A DNA stretch of 63,289 nt, filler included, from Choristocarpus tenellus KU-1152 (Eukaryota; Protista; Phaeophyceae): assembly GCA_964200185.2 (NCBI GenBank). It is 9 parts of 9 records of this genome, joined end to end, with 100 filler letters (N's around TTAATTAATTAA, not from the genome) between each part and the next. Parts side by side here need not be neighbours in the genome. Positions count along the whole stretch, not along the records: positions 59,148 to 63,289 come from CAXNAD020016008.1; 8 more parts are not named here. One strand, given 5' to 3'. Both the position numbers and the translations under genes were made by a program. The notes under the pieces were generated by a model. That model was not told the DNA's origin, ran no database searches, and saw only the letters and a program-made list of their open reading frames with translations. This document shows positions 61,650 to 63,289 of the stretch, one piece after another (the stretch's first letter is position 1; each line of letters opens with the position of its first letter).

Positions 61650-63289
61650 AGAGCTTTGATGAGCAAGGCAAGCGTTTTCCTGTGGAAGGTGTGCCAACCA
61701 TCCAGTTTTTACAAAAGTGCGACTGTACTTCCATGGGCTTTGCACCCCGATGAAATTGACCTCCGCCGTTCTTGCGCCAAGTTTTGGTATATGTCTTTGC
61801 TTACCACCCCGATGAAGGGGTGACACCAAAGAGGGCAATAACTAGTGTGGAGAATCGGAAATAACCTATGATTGTTGTATGAATTGACACTTACTTGCCA
61901 AGCTCTGAAGAGACGTGTAGCATCACAGGGCTCAAGGCCCGCTGTGGGCGAGGGTCCTGCTGTTGGAGGCACGATATTTCTGATTCTTGCCCGTTTGTGT
62001 GTGCTCTTCTCCAGCACTAGAAGCACCATCTTGAAGCACCATCTCCTGTCATGTTAAGAGACAAATTTTTAACCCGTTAATGCTCAAGAGAGTGGTGAAG
62101 ACCATGTGAGTGAGGAGTTGTAAAGAGGGATTTGATAGCCAAATAACTACTCCACACTACAACAGCATGTCGGTATTCCATTCAGATCCACCAGGGTTCT
62201 TGAGGTGGTATTAAATGAGGAGAGCCAGGGGATAGAAGAGGACGCATACGGCGAGCACGGTCAAGGATGAAGCTTGGATTTGCAAACGACTCTCTTTACA
62301 ATTTTGAACAAAAAGCCTTCCTGTGTAACAATATTCTAAGTGCTGCAACAGTTTTTTCCTTTTTTTATGTAATTTTGCGAAATAGATGAGAGAGGCGAGA
62401 AGCAAATGATCAGGCAGGTGTACTCTGATGGCTGGTATCATGTTGATGATGGATGATGATGACCGACGAGGACATTCTCCTCCTCCCCAACTTCCTCCAA
62501 ATGCACCACAAGGGATGCATGCTCACACGCACAACACCTTGACGTCATCATTACCCATACTTGAGGCCTCCTTCCTCCCCGGCAAGAGACAGTGCATTTG
62601 CCAAGAATGTGTTTAGTTGCATTGAAGAATTGAATCCCCTTCAAATGTATGGTTTCAAAGTCTTAGCCTGCTCTTGAAAGATTCCATGTTTGTCAACTAT
62701 GAATCCCAACTCCACCACTTAAAAAAACGACCAGTTAGAAGGAATCAACTTCTACTCATCATGCTGACAGCTCCATTGAGTGAGACCCTTTGAGTGTGTG
62801 ACCTCTTTTGGTTGAAGGACAAAGTAGTAACTGTCAGACATCCACTGTCGAAACGTTCAAAGCTGAATCTAACACAAGCTGCACCAATTTTAGATACTCT
62901 CTGACTACTTAAACACTTGAAAAAAAAAGAGTGTTGCATACTACCTACGTTCACAGAGGTTTGCTTGGACGTAATCTCCTACATTGACAACAAGCAATGA
63001 ATGCAAATATGTGTACAGAACACGTATCAAATATATACACCTCCGAGGTTTTTTTTAAAGTACAGGGTAGGTGGCAGGAGGACATTGTTGGGCACCTTGA
63101 CATGTCAACCTGGTTACTGGTTGATGTCAAAGAGAACAGGTGCATCAGGCAGTCTACAACTAATTTTTCATCACCACAACATAATTCACATAAAATGCAG
63201 GATGTGCTATCGCTGTAGTGGAATATTCAGACTCGAAGTATATGGGGGGGGGGGGGGGATAAACAAGAGGGGCCACCGGGGGCCTAAGC

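Noticed and set aside
61895-62990. Possible minus-strand exons convergent with minC
   Set aside because: Splice-like signals are present, but no consistent frame or homology could be established.

Overview
This is eukaryotic nuclear DNA, not prokaryotic. Nine short contigs are joined by artificial 100-bp N/TTAATTAATTAA linkers (8673-8772, 20038-20137, 32590-32689, 35986-36085, 38741-38840, 46175-46274, 52283-52382, 59048-59147), so neighbourhoods across linkers mean nothing. Gene content and intron style suggest a stramenopile, probably an ochrophyte or brown-alga-like organism (inference). Most real genes are spliced and invisible or fragmented in the ORF track. I reconstructed these by hand: proteasome assembly chaperone PAC3/PSMG3 (-), a thioredoxin-like + pseudo-receiver domain protein (+), an uncharacterised membrane protein (+), APC1 (+), a PPR protein (-), an ATP sulfurylase-pyrophosphatase fusion (+), a WNK-like probable pseudokinase (-), the last exon of SHMT (+), and an intron-containing bacterial-type MinC C-terminal domain (+). 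Mobile DNA: a very abundant ~257-bp TIR MITE family with an internal hairpin and mixed 3/4-bp target-site duplications (9 copies plus related subfamilies), a decayed CRE-like non-LTR retrotransposon preceded by a RING-like motif, a mariner transposase remnant, a PIF/Harbinger remnant, and a copia-like gag with an internal fold-back. All coordinates and translations were derived by eye; no database searches were run.
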